Shown one piece after another: positions 1 to 11,600 of a stretch of DNA of 64,000 bases (positions are counted from its first letter, which is position 1; each line of letters starts with the position of its first letter). A model generated the notes under the pieces. It was not told the origin of the DNA. It was given only the letters and a program-made list of their open reading frames with translations, and did no database searches. Source of the stretch: an uncultured Bacteroidota bacterium. Lineage in GTDB: Bacteria > Bacteroidota > Bacteroidia > Bacteroidales > GCA-2748055. The stretch is taken from assembly GCA_963713725.1 (NCBI GenBank), contig CAVQMZ010000014.1, positions 69,938 to 133,937 of the forward strand, written 5' to 3'. Made by a program: the position numbers and the translations under genes.

Positions 1-2312
1 ATACAAACCATTGTATATCAATGTGCTTACTGAAGCTATTCAACCACTTGCTGATTCCAAACCAGGCCAGGGGCCAGCTCACAGCGATGGCGATCAGGAT
101 CAGCCATAGGAATTCTCTGGAAAGCAGGGAGTTTACATCCTTAACCGTGGCGCCATGTACCCTTCTTACACTGATCTCCTTTGTTTTTCGTTCCACCATG
201 AATGAAGTAAGTCCGATGAGTCCCAGGCAGGCAATCACAATGGCCAGGATGGTGAGGATGATAGAGAGCTTACTGAATTTGCTTTCATCCATGTATAAAG
301 TGCGTTTAGTTCTTCATCCAAAAATGAGTATTCGAATGGGCGGGTGGGGGCAAAATGCTCCCAGGAATCCCGGATATATTCCAGAACGGGTCATAGTTGT
401 CTGTATTTACCCTGATGGCCATGTAGCGGGTCAGGGCAGCAGCTCCAAGGGGGTTTTGAAGCATATCAAGTACAAAATTATCAACGGGTTTATGCAGAGA
501 GAGGGCATTAAAGTCGCTGAATACCCCGATTACACGCTCATTTCCGTCAGAACGTATGGCCTTTCCGATGGCTTCCTGATTTGTCCAACCCAGGTGTTTT
601 ACCATGCTTTCATTAATCATAATAGCCTCTGAAGTATCCGAAGGGAAAGTCCCTGGAGAATCCCCGTCCTTCTACTACCTCAATGCCAAAGGTTTCGATG
701 AACTCATAGCGGACAAGAAAAGCCGGGTACCAGAAGGGCTTGTCCTCAAACATCCCTTCAATGGTAAAACTCCGGGTATTGTGGTTGGCTCCAAGCACAT
801 CCTCCATACCCGTTACATTGATGATATCGGGATGTTGCTTTAGATCCTCTGCAAAGGCATCAAATTCATGGCCAGGTTAAATTTGGTGGGAAGTAAAATC
901 ACATTGTCCCTGTTAAATCCCAGGTCGGCATTCTTTAGATAATTTAACTGGCTATAGGCGCTGATGGTTCCAATAATAAGAGCAATGGAAATCAGGAACT
1001 GAACCACAACCAGGGCCTTTCTGGCCACTCCTCTTCCTCCCCCCGAGGAAAGGGTATCCTTCAGGTGACTGGTGTTCTGGGAGGAAAGGAAAAAGGCAGG
1101 GTAGGAGCCCGAAAGCAGACCAACGAAAAAAAGGAGCCCAAGGCCCAGAAGGATGCTTCCGGGTTTCAATAATTATCCCGGTATCGATTTCTTTGCCGGT
1201 GAAATTATTAAAAAGAGGGAAGTAGAAGCTCCACCATTATGGCTGCCAGCAAGGAGGGCAATCAGAGTAAGCATAATGGCTTCTCCGAGGAACTGCAGGA
1301 CCAGGGATCTTTTTCGGGCTCCGATCACCTTCTTCATTCCAATCTCCTTTCCCCTTCCCGCAGAGCTGGCCGTTGCCAGGTTCATAAAATTGATGCAGGC
1401 AAGGATCAGGACGATCAGACCAATTGCTCCGAGAATTTTAATATAGGAGAGTTTTCCGTTGGGATGCATCTCATATTCATGGTGCGAATTCAGATGAATA
1501 TCCGTCAGGGCCTGAAGATAGAGGGTAATGTCCTGGTCCTGGAAGTCGGGGTAATGGGCCAGGTAAAAATCGGGCATGCGGGCTTCCAGCTGTTCGGGTG
1601 TGATATGATCATGCAGGCTAATGTAGGTCCAGCACGGATTCCATATCCAGGTATCGGGCATATGACCGCCTCCCCTTTGTCTGAAGGTGGACATGGATCC
1701 CAGGATGTCAATTTTAAAGTGGCTCTGAGAAGGAAGATCTTTCATTATTCCGGTGATCTCCATACCTGGTCCCTCCTCCACATTCAGGGTTTTACCCATG
1801 GCCGGTTCATCTCCAAAATATCTCTTCGCTGTGGATTCTGTAAGCACAATTGTATTGGGCTCTGCCAGGGCTGTATGCGGATCCCCCTCAAGCAGGGGGA
1901 AGGTGAACATTTCAAATACATTGGAATCGGCAAGGAAAAACCACTCCTCATTAAACTTAATGATATGCAGGCTATCTTCACGGTTTTCAAAAAGAAGCTC
2001 AGATACCTGGAAGTCAAAGAAGCGGACCATGGACTTCACCATGTCGGGATAGTCCTCGGCCAGGGCCGGACCAAAGGGAAAAGAACAGGTGGCGGCATCT
2101 TCATTGATGTCGTTTGAATTGTATAGCCGGTTCATACGATAGATCTGCTCATGGCCTTCATGAAAGCGGTCGTATTTCAATTCATCGCTGACATAGATCA
2201 GGATGAAAAGAAAACTGGCAATTCCGATGGCCAGTCCTGCTATGTTCAGCAGGGAATAATTCAGATGCTTCAGGGTGTTCCTGATGGCAATGGTTAGGAA
2301 ATGTCGGAGCAT
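1..2312 (-). CDS. MacB/FtsX-like ABC transporter permease (large Bacteroidetes type); frameshifted, runs off the left edge
   Basis: Fragments 1173-2363, 840-1169, 613-807, 306-620 and 1-300 join into one protein. It starts MLRHFLTIAIRN..LNIAGLAIG..YDRFH and has two FtsX motifs (ACINFMNLATA..KEIGMKKVIGA; IACLGLIGLTSFMVERKTKEISVRRVHGA). ATG at 2312. Confidence 0.88.
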
Positions 2313-2343
2313 GGAAAATGGCTGTTTATTACATAAACCAGCC

Positions 2344-2452
2344 TTCAAAAGCCTTACCAACAAAACTAAATAACACTAAATCAGTCAGATGGGGGTTTTG
2401 TTATCCCCTGTAAAGTGCACTAATTCGCACACGAGCTGTACGATATCGCACA
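2344..2452 (-). promoter_or_regulatory. Putative sigma54-type promoter with two upstream activator palindromes
   Basis: Minus strand TTGGTAAGGCTTTTGAA (2344-2360; GG-N10-GA). Two related palindromes lie 21 bp apart: TGTACGATATCGCACA (2437-2452) and TGCACTAATTCGCACA (2416-2431). Confidence 0.5.
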
Positions 2453-2464
2453 CAATTATTATCC

Positions 2465-3761
2465 CTATTCCTGCTGTGTTCCCAGGAAGCCCCCGGTAAT
2501 TCGGGTCAGTCTGGTTCTGGAATCGATCAGGTTGTAAATGGACTGGAGGCGCCTAAGGGCCGCGCTCAGGTAGATTAACTGAACATCCCGGAAATTGAAG
2601 GAGTTAATCACCCCCGTCCGATATTTTTCTTCAGAGATGGAGAGGTTCAGTTCGGCTGCAGCCATATTCTCATTGGCCACATTCAGCAATTCCACCCTGA
2701 CCCCGTAGTAATCGGCCAGGTTGAATAACTCATTGGTAAGCGCGTGCTCCATTTGTGAGATCTCAATCTGTGCGATTTCCTCATTGATGCGGGCGATCTC
2801 CACTGATCTTTTCCTGACGCCGGCACTATAAATGTCGAAACCGAGCCTCAGATTCCCATAGGCTGTCGGGTTTCCGGTGAGGGCCTGACCAACCGTGTTG
2901 GGCCAGGATTCACCAATTTCCATTCCTGCACCCAGTGTGAGGGTGGGTGAATAGTTCGCCCTTTTCAGTGAAGTTTCATTCTCCATCAGTAAAAGGTTGG
3001 TGTATTGATTTTTCAGAACCTGGTTGCTGGCTTTCATCCTGGCCAGCAGGTCGGCCAGAATATACTCAGTGGTATCAGCTTCAAAGGGTTCACTAAAGGT
3101 CCATCTTGATGTGGGCTCCTCTCCAAGGAAAAAGTTGAAGTTTCTAATGCTGTTTCTTAAGACCACTTCCTGATTCATGTAGTTTGCCTTGTCGGTGAGG
3201 TAGACATTCTGGGCCTGCAAGACATTGTAGGTAACTGATCCTCCCAGCGATTTTCGATCCAGTTCATAAGCGTAACGATCTTCTGAAAGCTTCATTACAG
3301 ATTCAAGGACCTTGAGCTGTTCCTGTTGCAATAATACATGGTAGTATCCCAGGATTACTTCCTCAATGGTGCTTTCAATCTCAACACCCAATCTGCCCTC
3401 GGAGAGCGCTTCCATGTTCTCCAGCTTATCCAGGGTGATGTTCACGCGCATACCGTCAAAAAGCACCCAGTTTAGACCAACTGCTGCTGCAAAGCGACCC
3501 GAGTAGCTGGAAGAGTTTATATCATAAAAGTTGCTGTTATGAAGCGTCAAATCCAATGGTCGGGTAACGTCCGGCTGTTCCCGGATTGTTGTTGATCCCT
3601 GCAATTTCATTGCTTGCACGGGAGATGATCAGTCCGTAATTGTTCGCCAGGGCCTTTTCCAGTGCACTGGAAAGGCTAAGTATGTCCTGGGCCGGAACCT
3701 GTTGGAAAATCAGGATTCCCGCGAGTATTAACAGGATATTATTTATTCTCTTCATCTTCAT
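2465..3761 (-). CDS. TolC-family outer membrane efflux protein (one frameshift near 3540)
   Basis: Signal peptide and LSLSSALEKALANNY in 3537-3761. Two OEP repeats in 2465-3619. Last gene of the MFP-RND-TolC operon. Confidence 0.88.
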
Positions 3762-6700
3762 CTTTCATTATTTCAAGGGCATTAACATTAGCCCATCTGC
3801 CCCTGTTTCCTTCGAATCTCTCCTTCCTCTTGTTTTGAATAATGGCAGTTTCCACCTCTTCTGGCGTGGGTTTGACACCTGTCCATAAGAAGCGGGTATA
3901 TACCCTGAAATCGTTGAGCAGCATAATCAGCACCGGGAAAAACAAGCAGGATAAATACGGTTCCCAGTGCCACTCCGTATGCCAGGCTAATGGCCATGGG
4001 GATGAGGAACTGGGCCTGCACACTTTTTTCAAACAGCATGGGGAAAAGGCCCACGCAGGTGGTGATGGAGGTGAGGATAATGGGTCTCAATCTTACTTTC
4101 CCAGCCTCCTTCACGGCTTCGGTCACGGTTTTTCCCTCCAGCAGCAGTCCGTCGAATTTGGCAAAGTAAACAATGGCATCGTTGATGATGACCCCTGTCA
4201 GAGCCACAGCCCCCCACATACTCATCATGGAAAGGGGTTGTCCGTGCAGACCATGCCCCCAGGCAACTCCCAGCAGGGAGATGGGTATCATCAGGATAAT
4301 GATGAGGGCTTTGGGCACACTTTTAAAATGAAGCACCAGGATAAAAAACATAATCACAAAGGCAAAGAGGTAATACTTCCCGGCCTTTCCCATGGCTTCC
4401 TTGGAGTATTTCTGTTGACCCTGGTAAATGTAGCGTATGCCGGCAAACTGGGCCTCCAGCTCGGGCATAATTTCGTGTTCAACCTGTTGCAGGATTTCCG
4501 GTACCGAGGCCAGGGGATCGATGGTTTCCGCCTCTACCCTGATTTCCCGTGATCCGTTAAAGCGGTTAATAGCCACCGGTCCGCGCTCCATATGGTAATC
4601 GGCCAGCTCGGAAAGGGGATATTCACCCGAAGCGGTTTTGATTTTCATGTTCTCCAGCTGTCCCAGGGTCACCCGGTCCGATTTGGGATAACGAACCCAG
4701 ACACGGAGTTCATCCCTTCCCACCTGAAGACGTTGTGCCTGGGCGCCATAAAAACCCTGCCTGACCTGGCGGGCAATGGTGCCTTCATCAAGCCCAAGGA
4801 AATAGGCCCTGGGTTTAAGATCCAGCCTGATTTCCTGCTTTCCCAGGGCGATATTTTCATTCACATCTTTCAGCTGGGGCATCTCACTCAGCCGCTCAAG
4901 CATAAAGTCTTTGGCCTCCTCCAGTTCACGAAGGTTTTTGACATGAGACCAATGGATACTGGTGATCCCCAGCGGTTTCTGCCAGCCACCGTAAATTTCT
5001 GGCTTCCGGAACCTGACCGATCTTCTGGTTTACACGTGTGGAGATGTCTCTGCCCGAGAGCGGATAGCCTTCCAGGTCCACCGGGTATACATTGATGCTG
5101 CCTGCGTGTGCCCCTCTTTCCTGTCCGTCAAAGGCACTGCCAAGTCTTTTGCTGGTTCTTTCAATGATGTCATGATCCAGGCCAAGCTCTTCACCAATTT
5201 CATCATTCACCTCCCAGATTGCCTTTTCAAATTTCTCCAGGAAATCCAGGGTCTGTTTCTCCCCGTCGCCCGGGGTAAAAGCCACATTCAGGGAGAAAGC
5301 AGTCAAAATCCACCATGGGGAAAAAGGTGGTTCTGATATGCCCACCCAAGAACAGGCCGGCTGTGATCAGGACAAGCGCTATGGGGATACTCACTGCAAT
5401 ATAGCGCCATCTGACCACCCAGTTGAGGAAGTGGGAGTAAATATTGTCCCTGAGCCAGGTGATGAATTTTTCAAAGTACTTCTTCAGGCCCTTATTCTTG
5501 GCCTCAAGACTTTTCCGGTTCAGCACCCTGTCACTGGCCAGGTGAGCCGGCAATACCAGGAAGGCTTCAAAGAGGGAGAAAAAGAGGGATGCAACAACCA
5601 CAACAGCCACATCAAACATCATTTCCATCCGGGTTCCTGTCAGAAGGAGAAGGGGAGAAAAAGCAACAATGGTGGTTGCCACCGATGTCAATACCGCCGG
5701 AGCTACCTCCATGGTGCCATCCACTGCAGCATGCATGGGGCTTTTACCCTTTTCGAAGTGGAGGTAGATATTTTCTGCGATGACAATCCCGTCATCCACC
5801 AGGATCCCGATCACCAGGATCATGCCGAAAAGCGATTGCAGGTTGATGGTGATCCCTATAAAATGAGCCGCAATAAACATGGCCAGAAAGCTGAAAGGAA
5901 TACCCCAGCTATACCCATAGGGATAGCTTGAAATTCAGGAACATGGACAGGGCAATGATGACCAGCACAAGGCCCAGTAAACCATTCCTTGTAAGCAGAT
6001 CAAGCCGGCTTTGAAGGATCTCCAGATAGGCACGGGAGACGATGATCTCAACCCCCTGGTTACGGCTGTTGAACTCCTCAATATAGGCAAGGGCATACTC
6101 CGTAATTTCATCCAGGTCCTCTTCCGGCAATTTTTCGATGCTGATGGCGACAGAGGGTTTGCCGTTGGTCCACCGCTTATCGGGAGAATCAGCAAATTTT
6201 ATTTTTACATCGGCCACATCCCTGATGTGGATAAAGCACCATTGCTTTCACCTTTTAAAATAATATTCCCGATTTTATTGGGATCGGCACTCCTTGATCG
6301 CAATCGAATCAGGTACTCCTCCTCCTCCGATTTGATCTCACCACCCGAAACATCCTGGTTATTATTCTGGATGGCCCTTACGATCTCGTCAAAGGTCATG
6401 TTGTAGCGAAGCAGCTCCTCTTCCTTGATCTCTACAGAAATTTCAGGTCTGTGCAAATCCTGAGATGCCGATCTGGCTCATCACACCCGAGTTCAGAAAA
6501 TCCTCCTCAATGCGCTGAGCATACTCCTTCAGCGCCATCAGACCGACTTCATGTTCATCCAGGGTACAAGCTCCAGGCGCATGGCTCCTGCCCTGGAGCG
6601 ACTGTTTGGAGACGATGGGTCTTTCGGCAGCCGATGGCAGGGAGGAGATTCCATCCACTGCATTTTTTACTTCCTGCAATATTTCATTGATGGGATACTC

Positions 6701-6996
6701 GCCGGTTGGTTTCGATGGAGACCCTGCAGCTGTTTTCACTGGAGGTGGAAGTGATCTCTTTGATTCCGATCAGGCCTCTTACGGCCTCTTCAATCCGGGT
6801 GGTCACGCCCTCTTCCATCTCCACCGGGAGATGCACCGGGGTAAAATACAGAAACCGAAAGATAGCGGCTTTCTGTTTCAGGGAAAAAGGATTTTTTCAA
6901 AGAGAGCATGCTCACTCCGCCGGCAAGGATTACCACCGCAATAAGCAGGTTGGCATAAACCGGGAACTCAACAAATTTTTCGATTATTTTCCTCAT
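3739..6996 (-). CDS. RND efflux permease (AcrB/AcrD/AcrF family), multiply frameshifted
   Basis: Fragments carry GILVDDGIVIAENI, GVIINDAIV and RLRPIILTSITT..GLFP motifs. N-terminus MRKIIEKFVEFPVYANLL. The exact 3' end is uncertain. Confidence 0.9.
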
Positions 6997-6998
6997 GA

Positions 6999-8226
6999 TC
7001 AGCTCCTGGATTTCCTTTTGTCACCCGCCTCTTTTTTGTCAGATCCTGCTGCCTGGTCACCTCCGGGTTTTCCCTGGGGCTTAGCTCCTGGATTTTCGCC
7101 TTCAATCTGGACCATGGTTCCTTCCGATACATTGATCAGTTGTTGCACCACCACTGAATCTCCCTCCGAGAGGCCGTTGAAAATAAGGGTACGGTCGTTT
7201 TCTTTGATCACATTGATCTGCCGCTTTGCAAGCCGGCTGTTTTTAATGACAAATACCTCATTGGAGTTAAAGACTGAATTTCTGGGGATCTCCATGACTC
7301 CCAGGATGGGTCTTACAGGGAAGGTAGCCTTCAGGTACTCACCCGCGAGAAGGGGCTTTCTTTTGTCGAATGGAATTTGAACAAATATTTCCTGGGATTG
7401 TGTACCCTCATCCACATAGGGGCTGATCCTGATTACTTTCCCTTTCCAGCTCAGGGCTCTTTTTTCAGATTGAACCAGAACCGGATCTCCAACCCTGATC
7501 CATGCTGCATCTACCCGCTTCAGGGGTACCTCAAGTTCCATTTCGTCGGTACGGATGGCACGGGCCACTCTTCCGCCGGTATTGGTATACGCGCCAGCCT
7601 CCAGGTAAACTTCCTTATAGGTTCCGTTAAAGGGGGCCCTAACGGTGCGACGCTGTAATTGCAATTCATCCCTTTGTATGCTGTAATACTCACTGATTAC
7701 ATTTCGGCTTGCCAGAAAAATTTTCAGCTGATCATCGCTTATTTCCGGGAGTGGGGGCAGCGCTTTATCAACAGAGATGGAGTTGAAAAAGGCTCTGTAG
7801 CTATCCACCGCTTCAGGGAAATCGATATTCATATCCGGTAGAATGGTAGCCAGGGTATTCTGATACTGGCTTTTCCGGGCTTTCAGTGAGAGAATGGCTT
7901 CGTCGGGGTAGACTACAAAAAGCACATCACCTTTTGAGAAGGAGGCTCCTTTTTTCAGGGCTACTTTTCCAGCCTCGATGCTCCCCGATGCTTCAGCTAT
8001 GATATCCACTTCTGCCACGGAAGCAAGACGCCCAGTCTCTGAAACTTCTGACTGGATATTGGTGTACCTGACGGGTTCAAATTTTACAAATCTCCGCGCT
8101 TCAACGGAGCGGCGAACCGGTGGGGCTTCCTTTCTGGGCTTCTAAAAATTTCATTAATCCATAAGCCAGGCCAATAATGAAAATTACACTGACTACGATG
8201 ACAATTCTCCTGTCTATTTTTCTCAT
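6999..8226 (-). CDS. RND efflux periplasmic adaptor subunit (MFP); N-terminus frameshifted
   Basis: RRTVRAPFNG lipoyl-like motif and beta-barrel region in 6999-8018. The membrane anchor MRKIDRRIVIVVSVIFIIGLAYG starts at ATG 8226. TATCTTTG -7 box at 8254-8261. Confidence 0.85.
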
Positions 8227-8324
8227 TTTCTGATGTTAAGGGCAAATAATTCGCAAAGATAGATATTTAGACCATTGAAAAGCTTAAAAGTTTAATCTAT
8301 GTCAATTGAAATGTATCTTTGGGT

Positions 8325-8816
8325 ATGATCATCCGGCCAGCAATAGAAGAAGATTTAGCTGCCATTAACGCCATATATAATCAGGCTGTGGAGCAGCGTT
8401 TTTGTACCGCCCACCTCTCTCCCGTGGATATGGATTACAGGCGGGCCTGGTTTTCAGCTCATGCCGGGGATCGTTACCCGGTTTATGTTTCCGAGGAGGA
8501 TGAACAGTTGAGCGGCTGGCTATCTCTGGGACCCTATCGTTCAGACAGGCAGGCTCTTGCCCATGTGGGTGAGGTGAGTTATTACGTGCATAAGGATTGC
8601 CGGGGGAGGGGTGTGGGCAGCCGTTTAATGGAACATGCCCTGGAGCTTGCCCCCTCTTGCGATCTGACCATACTGGTGGCCATCCTCCTGGATAAAAATC
8701 CCGGAAGTATCGCCCTTTTAAAGAAATTTGGATTCGCCTTGTGGGGTTCCATGCCCGGAATTGCCATCATAGGCGAAGAGCATGCAGATCACCTTTACTA
8801 TGGTCTGAAACTTTGA
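8325..8816 (+). CDS. GNAT N-acetyltransferase (phosphinothricin acetyltransferase/YncA-like)
   Basis: IRPA.EEDL.AINAIYN, YVHKDCRGRGVG (acetyl-CoA motif A), N.GSIALLKKFGF. TATCTTTG -7 box at 8314-8321 just upstream of the ATG. Confidence 0.88.
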   Translation: MIIRPAIEEDLAAINAIYNQAVEQRFCTAHLSPVDMDYRRAWFSAHAGDRYPVYVSEEDEQLSGWLSLGPYRSDRQALAHVGEVSYYVHKDCRGRGVGSRLMEHALELAPSCDLTILVAILLDKNPGSIALLKKFGFALWGSMPGIAIIGEEHADHLYYGLKL

Positions 8817-8876
8817 AAGCTCCCGTATTTTAGCTTATTTTGCACTATCGTATAATTAGTCTAAATAAGAATAAGC

Positions 8877-9485
8877 ATGAGTTGTAGTGGAGGGAATTGT
8901 ACTTGCGGGAAGAATAAGGAGTCTGTGGCAGAGGAGCATATTCATCTTGTACAGCGCCCTGTCGGCAGCGCCCCGCTTCCCACTTTTGATCTAAAAAATA
9001 GTCTCAATCATCTTTCCCTTGAACCAGAGCTTGTGGAGCTGAGGTTTAAAAATGGCCGAAAGGCTTTTTTCAGAAATATGGGAGCTCTGGAGCTTGCAAA
9101 GGATGATCGCGTAATTGTGGAGTCAGGTGATGGCTATGATCTTGGGACCGTAGTCCTGACAGGGAAAAAAGCAGGTAATAAATTTTCTGATTCAGGGATG
9201 GATCAATCCTCCGTGGAAAGGGTAGTCCGAAAGGCCACACTTCAGGACCTTGAAAAGTGGCTTAATGCTAAAAAAACAGAGTACACCGTATTGCTAAAGG
9301 CAAGGGAAATTGCGGCTGAGCAGGGGATTGATATAAGTATCAGGGATGCTGAACTGATGGTCGACGGACAAAAAGTGAGCATTTATTTTACCGCTTCCGA
9401 GGGTTTAGACACCAGAGATCTCCAACGGAAGTATGCTTCTGTTCTTGGGATGCGAGTAGACATGCGTCCCACAGAATATTCTTAA
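8877..9485 (+). CDS. PSP1-domain protein (RicT/YaaT-like, C-terminally short)
   Basis: VELRFKNGRKAFF..VIVESGDGYDLGTV..RKATLQDL..DAEL..DGQKVSIYFTA matches the PSP1 pattern. Cys-rich N-terminus. Confidence 0.75.
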   Translation: MSCSGGNCTCGKNKESVAEEHIHLVQRPVGSAPLPTFDLKNSLNHLSLEPELVELRFKNGRKAFFRNMGALELAKDDRVIVESGDGYDLGTVVLTGKKAGNKFSDSGMDQSSVERVVRKATLQDLEKWLNAKKTEYTVLLKAREIAAEQGIDISIRDAELMVDGQKVSIYFTASEGLDTRDLQRKYASVLGMRVDMRPTEYS

Positions 9486-9546
9486 GCCAGGCTGAGTATC
9501 AATCACAAGCTGAAGATGTTCCGCCCTTGTTCATGTACCAGCTTTT

Positions 9547-10830
9547 TTAAAGAAGGGTGGCGATCATTGTGGGTGAATCACCCTTTTCAAGCCCCGAGAG
9601 TTTAACATCTGCAAACCAGTTCCGGGTGGTCTTTTCGGTGGTAAAAGTTACAGGCAGATAGTGTTCTCCGTAACCCCGGGCCACTCCCCTCTCATCCACC
9701 CTTTCAACAAGAACCCGCTGCTGTTTTCCAAGCATGGATTGCATGTAGGCCAGGCGTGTCTCTTCCGTTAGTTTCCTGATCATCTCACTTCTTTCCTGCT
9801 TAATCCTTTCCTTCATCTGGTCTTCCATCCGGTCGGCCCTGGTGCCTTTGCGCCTGGAGTAGCGGAAGGTATGAACATGGCTGAATTGTGCTTTTTTTAC
9901 CAGGTCCAGGGTAAGTTGAAAATCATGCTCGCTTTCACCCGGGAAACCCACGATCACATCGGTGGTGAAATTAAAATCAGGAATGGCGGACCTGAATTTT
10001 TCCACAATGTCCATAAAGGATTTCACTGTATACATGCGTCTCATTTTCAATAAAATCGGGTCCGATCCGCTCTGTATGCAAAGGTGCATATGAGGTGTCA
10101 TCTTCGGGTGTTCAAAGAGGCGGTGGAACTCGGGTCCGAAACCATCCGGCTCCAGGGAAGAAATCCTCACCCGGAAGTCACCCGGAAGCTCAAGAATTTT
10201 TTCCAGGGCAGCTTCCAGTTTCAGGCCCTCATAGTCATAACGCCCGATATTTACCCCGGTGATTACAATTTCCTTAAATCCGTTATCAATCACCCGGCTC
10301 ACATTGTCCAGGATCTGGTCTATGGGGCGGCTTACGGCCTTTCCCCTTACCGAGGGAACAATGCAATAGGTACAGAAATTGTCGCATCCATCCTGGACTT
10401 TTATTGCAGTTCTTGTATGCAGACTCTGATCCACGGTTTCAAAGCCAAAAACATCCCTTGAAAATGAATCAGGATGCACCATCTCTCCCTTAAAGTGGGC
10501 ATCAATCAGGGGGACAATCTGACTCTTCCTTTCATTGTCAACCACGTAGGTTACCTGCTGGTTTGATTCAAGTTGTTCCTTATGGTTGTTGGCCATACAA
10601 CCAGTTACCACCACCAGTCCGTTCTGGTTCTTACGGGCTGCGTGGTTAATGGTATTCCTGGACTTCTGGTCACTCTGGTTGGTAACGGTGCAGGTATTGA
10701 TCACTGTTATATCTGCGGGATTGGAAAAATCCACCACCTTGTAACCTGCCTGGTGAAACTGGGTGACCAGCGCATCGGTTTCGTACTGGTTCAGCCGGCA
10801 CCCCAGGGTTTTAAATGAAACGGTTTTCAT
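9547..10830 (-). CDS. mtaB: tRNA t6A37 methylthiotransferase MtaB (radical SAM)
   Basis: KTLGCRLNQYE, INTCTVT, VTGC, KVQDGCDNFCTYC (CxxxCxxC), RISSLEP, HTFRYSRRKGT. TAGCTTTG -7 box 5 nt upstream of ATG 10830. Confidence 0.92.
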   Translation of the reverse strand: MKTVSFKTLGCRLNQYETDALVTQFHQAGYKVVDFSNPADITVINTCTVTNQSDQKSRNTINHAARKNQNGLVVVTGCMANNHKEQLESNQQVTYVVDNERKSQIVPLIDAHFKGEMVHPDSFSRDVFGFETVDQSLHTRTAIKVQDGCDNFCTYCIVPSVRGKAVSRPIDQILDNVSRVIDNGFKEIVITGVNIGRYDYEGLKLEAALEKILELPGDFRVRISSLEPDGFGPEFHRLFEHPKMTPHMHLCIQSGSDPILLKMRRMYTVKSFMDIVEKFRSAIPDFNFTTDVIVGFPGESEHDFQLTLDLVKKAQFSHVHTFRYSRRKGTRADRMEDQMKERIKQERSEMIRKLTEETRLAYMQSMLGKQQRVLVERVDERGVARGYGEHYLPVTFTTEKTTRNWFADVKLSGLEKGDSPTMIATLL

Positions 10831-10849
10831 AGCTGCAAAGCTAAGAAAT

Positions 10850-11520
10850 CTAGAAATAGACTTCCGTAAATATCTGTTTCTGTGGAATACCCCTGGCATG
10901 AAGGATGTCCATGGCATCAAAAATCATGTTACTGTTGCCACAGAGGAAGACCCTTGCCTCAGGATTAAGATCATTTTGCAGAAGATAGTCGGTTAGCCTA
11001 CCTGGAAAATCACCCTGCTCTCCCCTGGATGTGCATACGGTAAACTCATCCCGTTTGTAATCTTCCAGTTCGTAGGCTTCGCTGATATTTCTGACGCCGT
11101 GAACTATGCTGTAATCACTGTCCGGGTAGGATTTCACAAAGCTGTGAAAGGGTGCCAGACCTGTTCCACTGGAAATAAACAGGAGCTTTCCGGGATCGGC
11201 CTGTACTGCATTTGTGAGAAAAAACCCACGGGGACCCCTGACCTGAATCTCATCTCCCCTTTTAATACTTTTCAGTTGTCTGCTCACCAATCCATCATCC
11301 ACTTCCTTAATAAGAACCTCGAGGAAATCCTCATGAATTCCACTGTAAATGGAGTACTCCCTGAATTCCTTTGCTCCGGGCAGGCCCAGGAGCAGGTGCT
11401 GTCCGGGTTAAAATTCATTTCGTTTCTCGAAAATCTCAACACATATGTGGATTCCGTGAGGTGCCTGACCTGGTCAACCACAAAAACCGATTTTTCAACT
11501 TCTACGTTCATCATTATCAT
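10850..11520 (-). CDS. Ferredoxin/flavodoxin-NADP+ reductase-like FAD oxidoreductase (frameshifted)
   Basis: GPRGFF, ISSGTGLAPFHS, VHGVR, FLCGNSNMI and C-terminal EVYF. The N-terminal part is in ORF 11284-11520. Confidence 0.85.
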
Positions 11521-11600
11521 TATTTTGGACTAAATACTCATAACAAATGGAAATGGATTTTGTGCTATGTATTATCTTGGTCTTTTTAAAACTTCATATT

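Noticed and set aside
21-6406. Long plus-strand ORFs (e.g. 21-632, 1239-2117, 3842-4552) and similar antisense ORFs elsewhere
   Set aside because: They are shadows of well-supported genes on the opposite strand and have no recognisable motifs.
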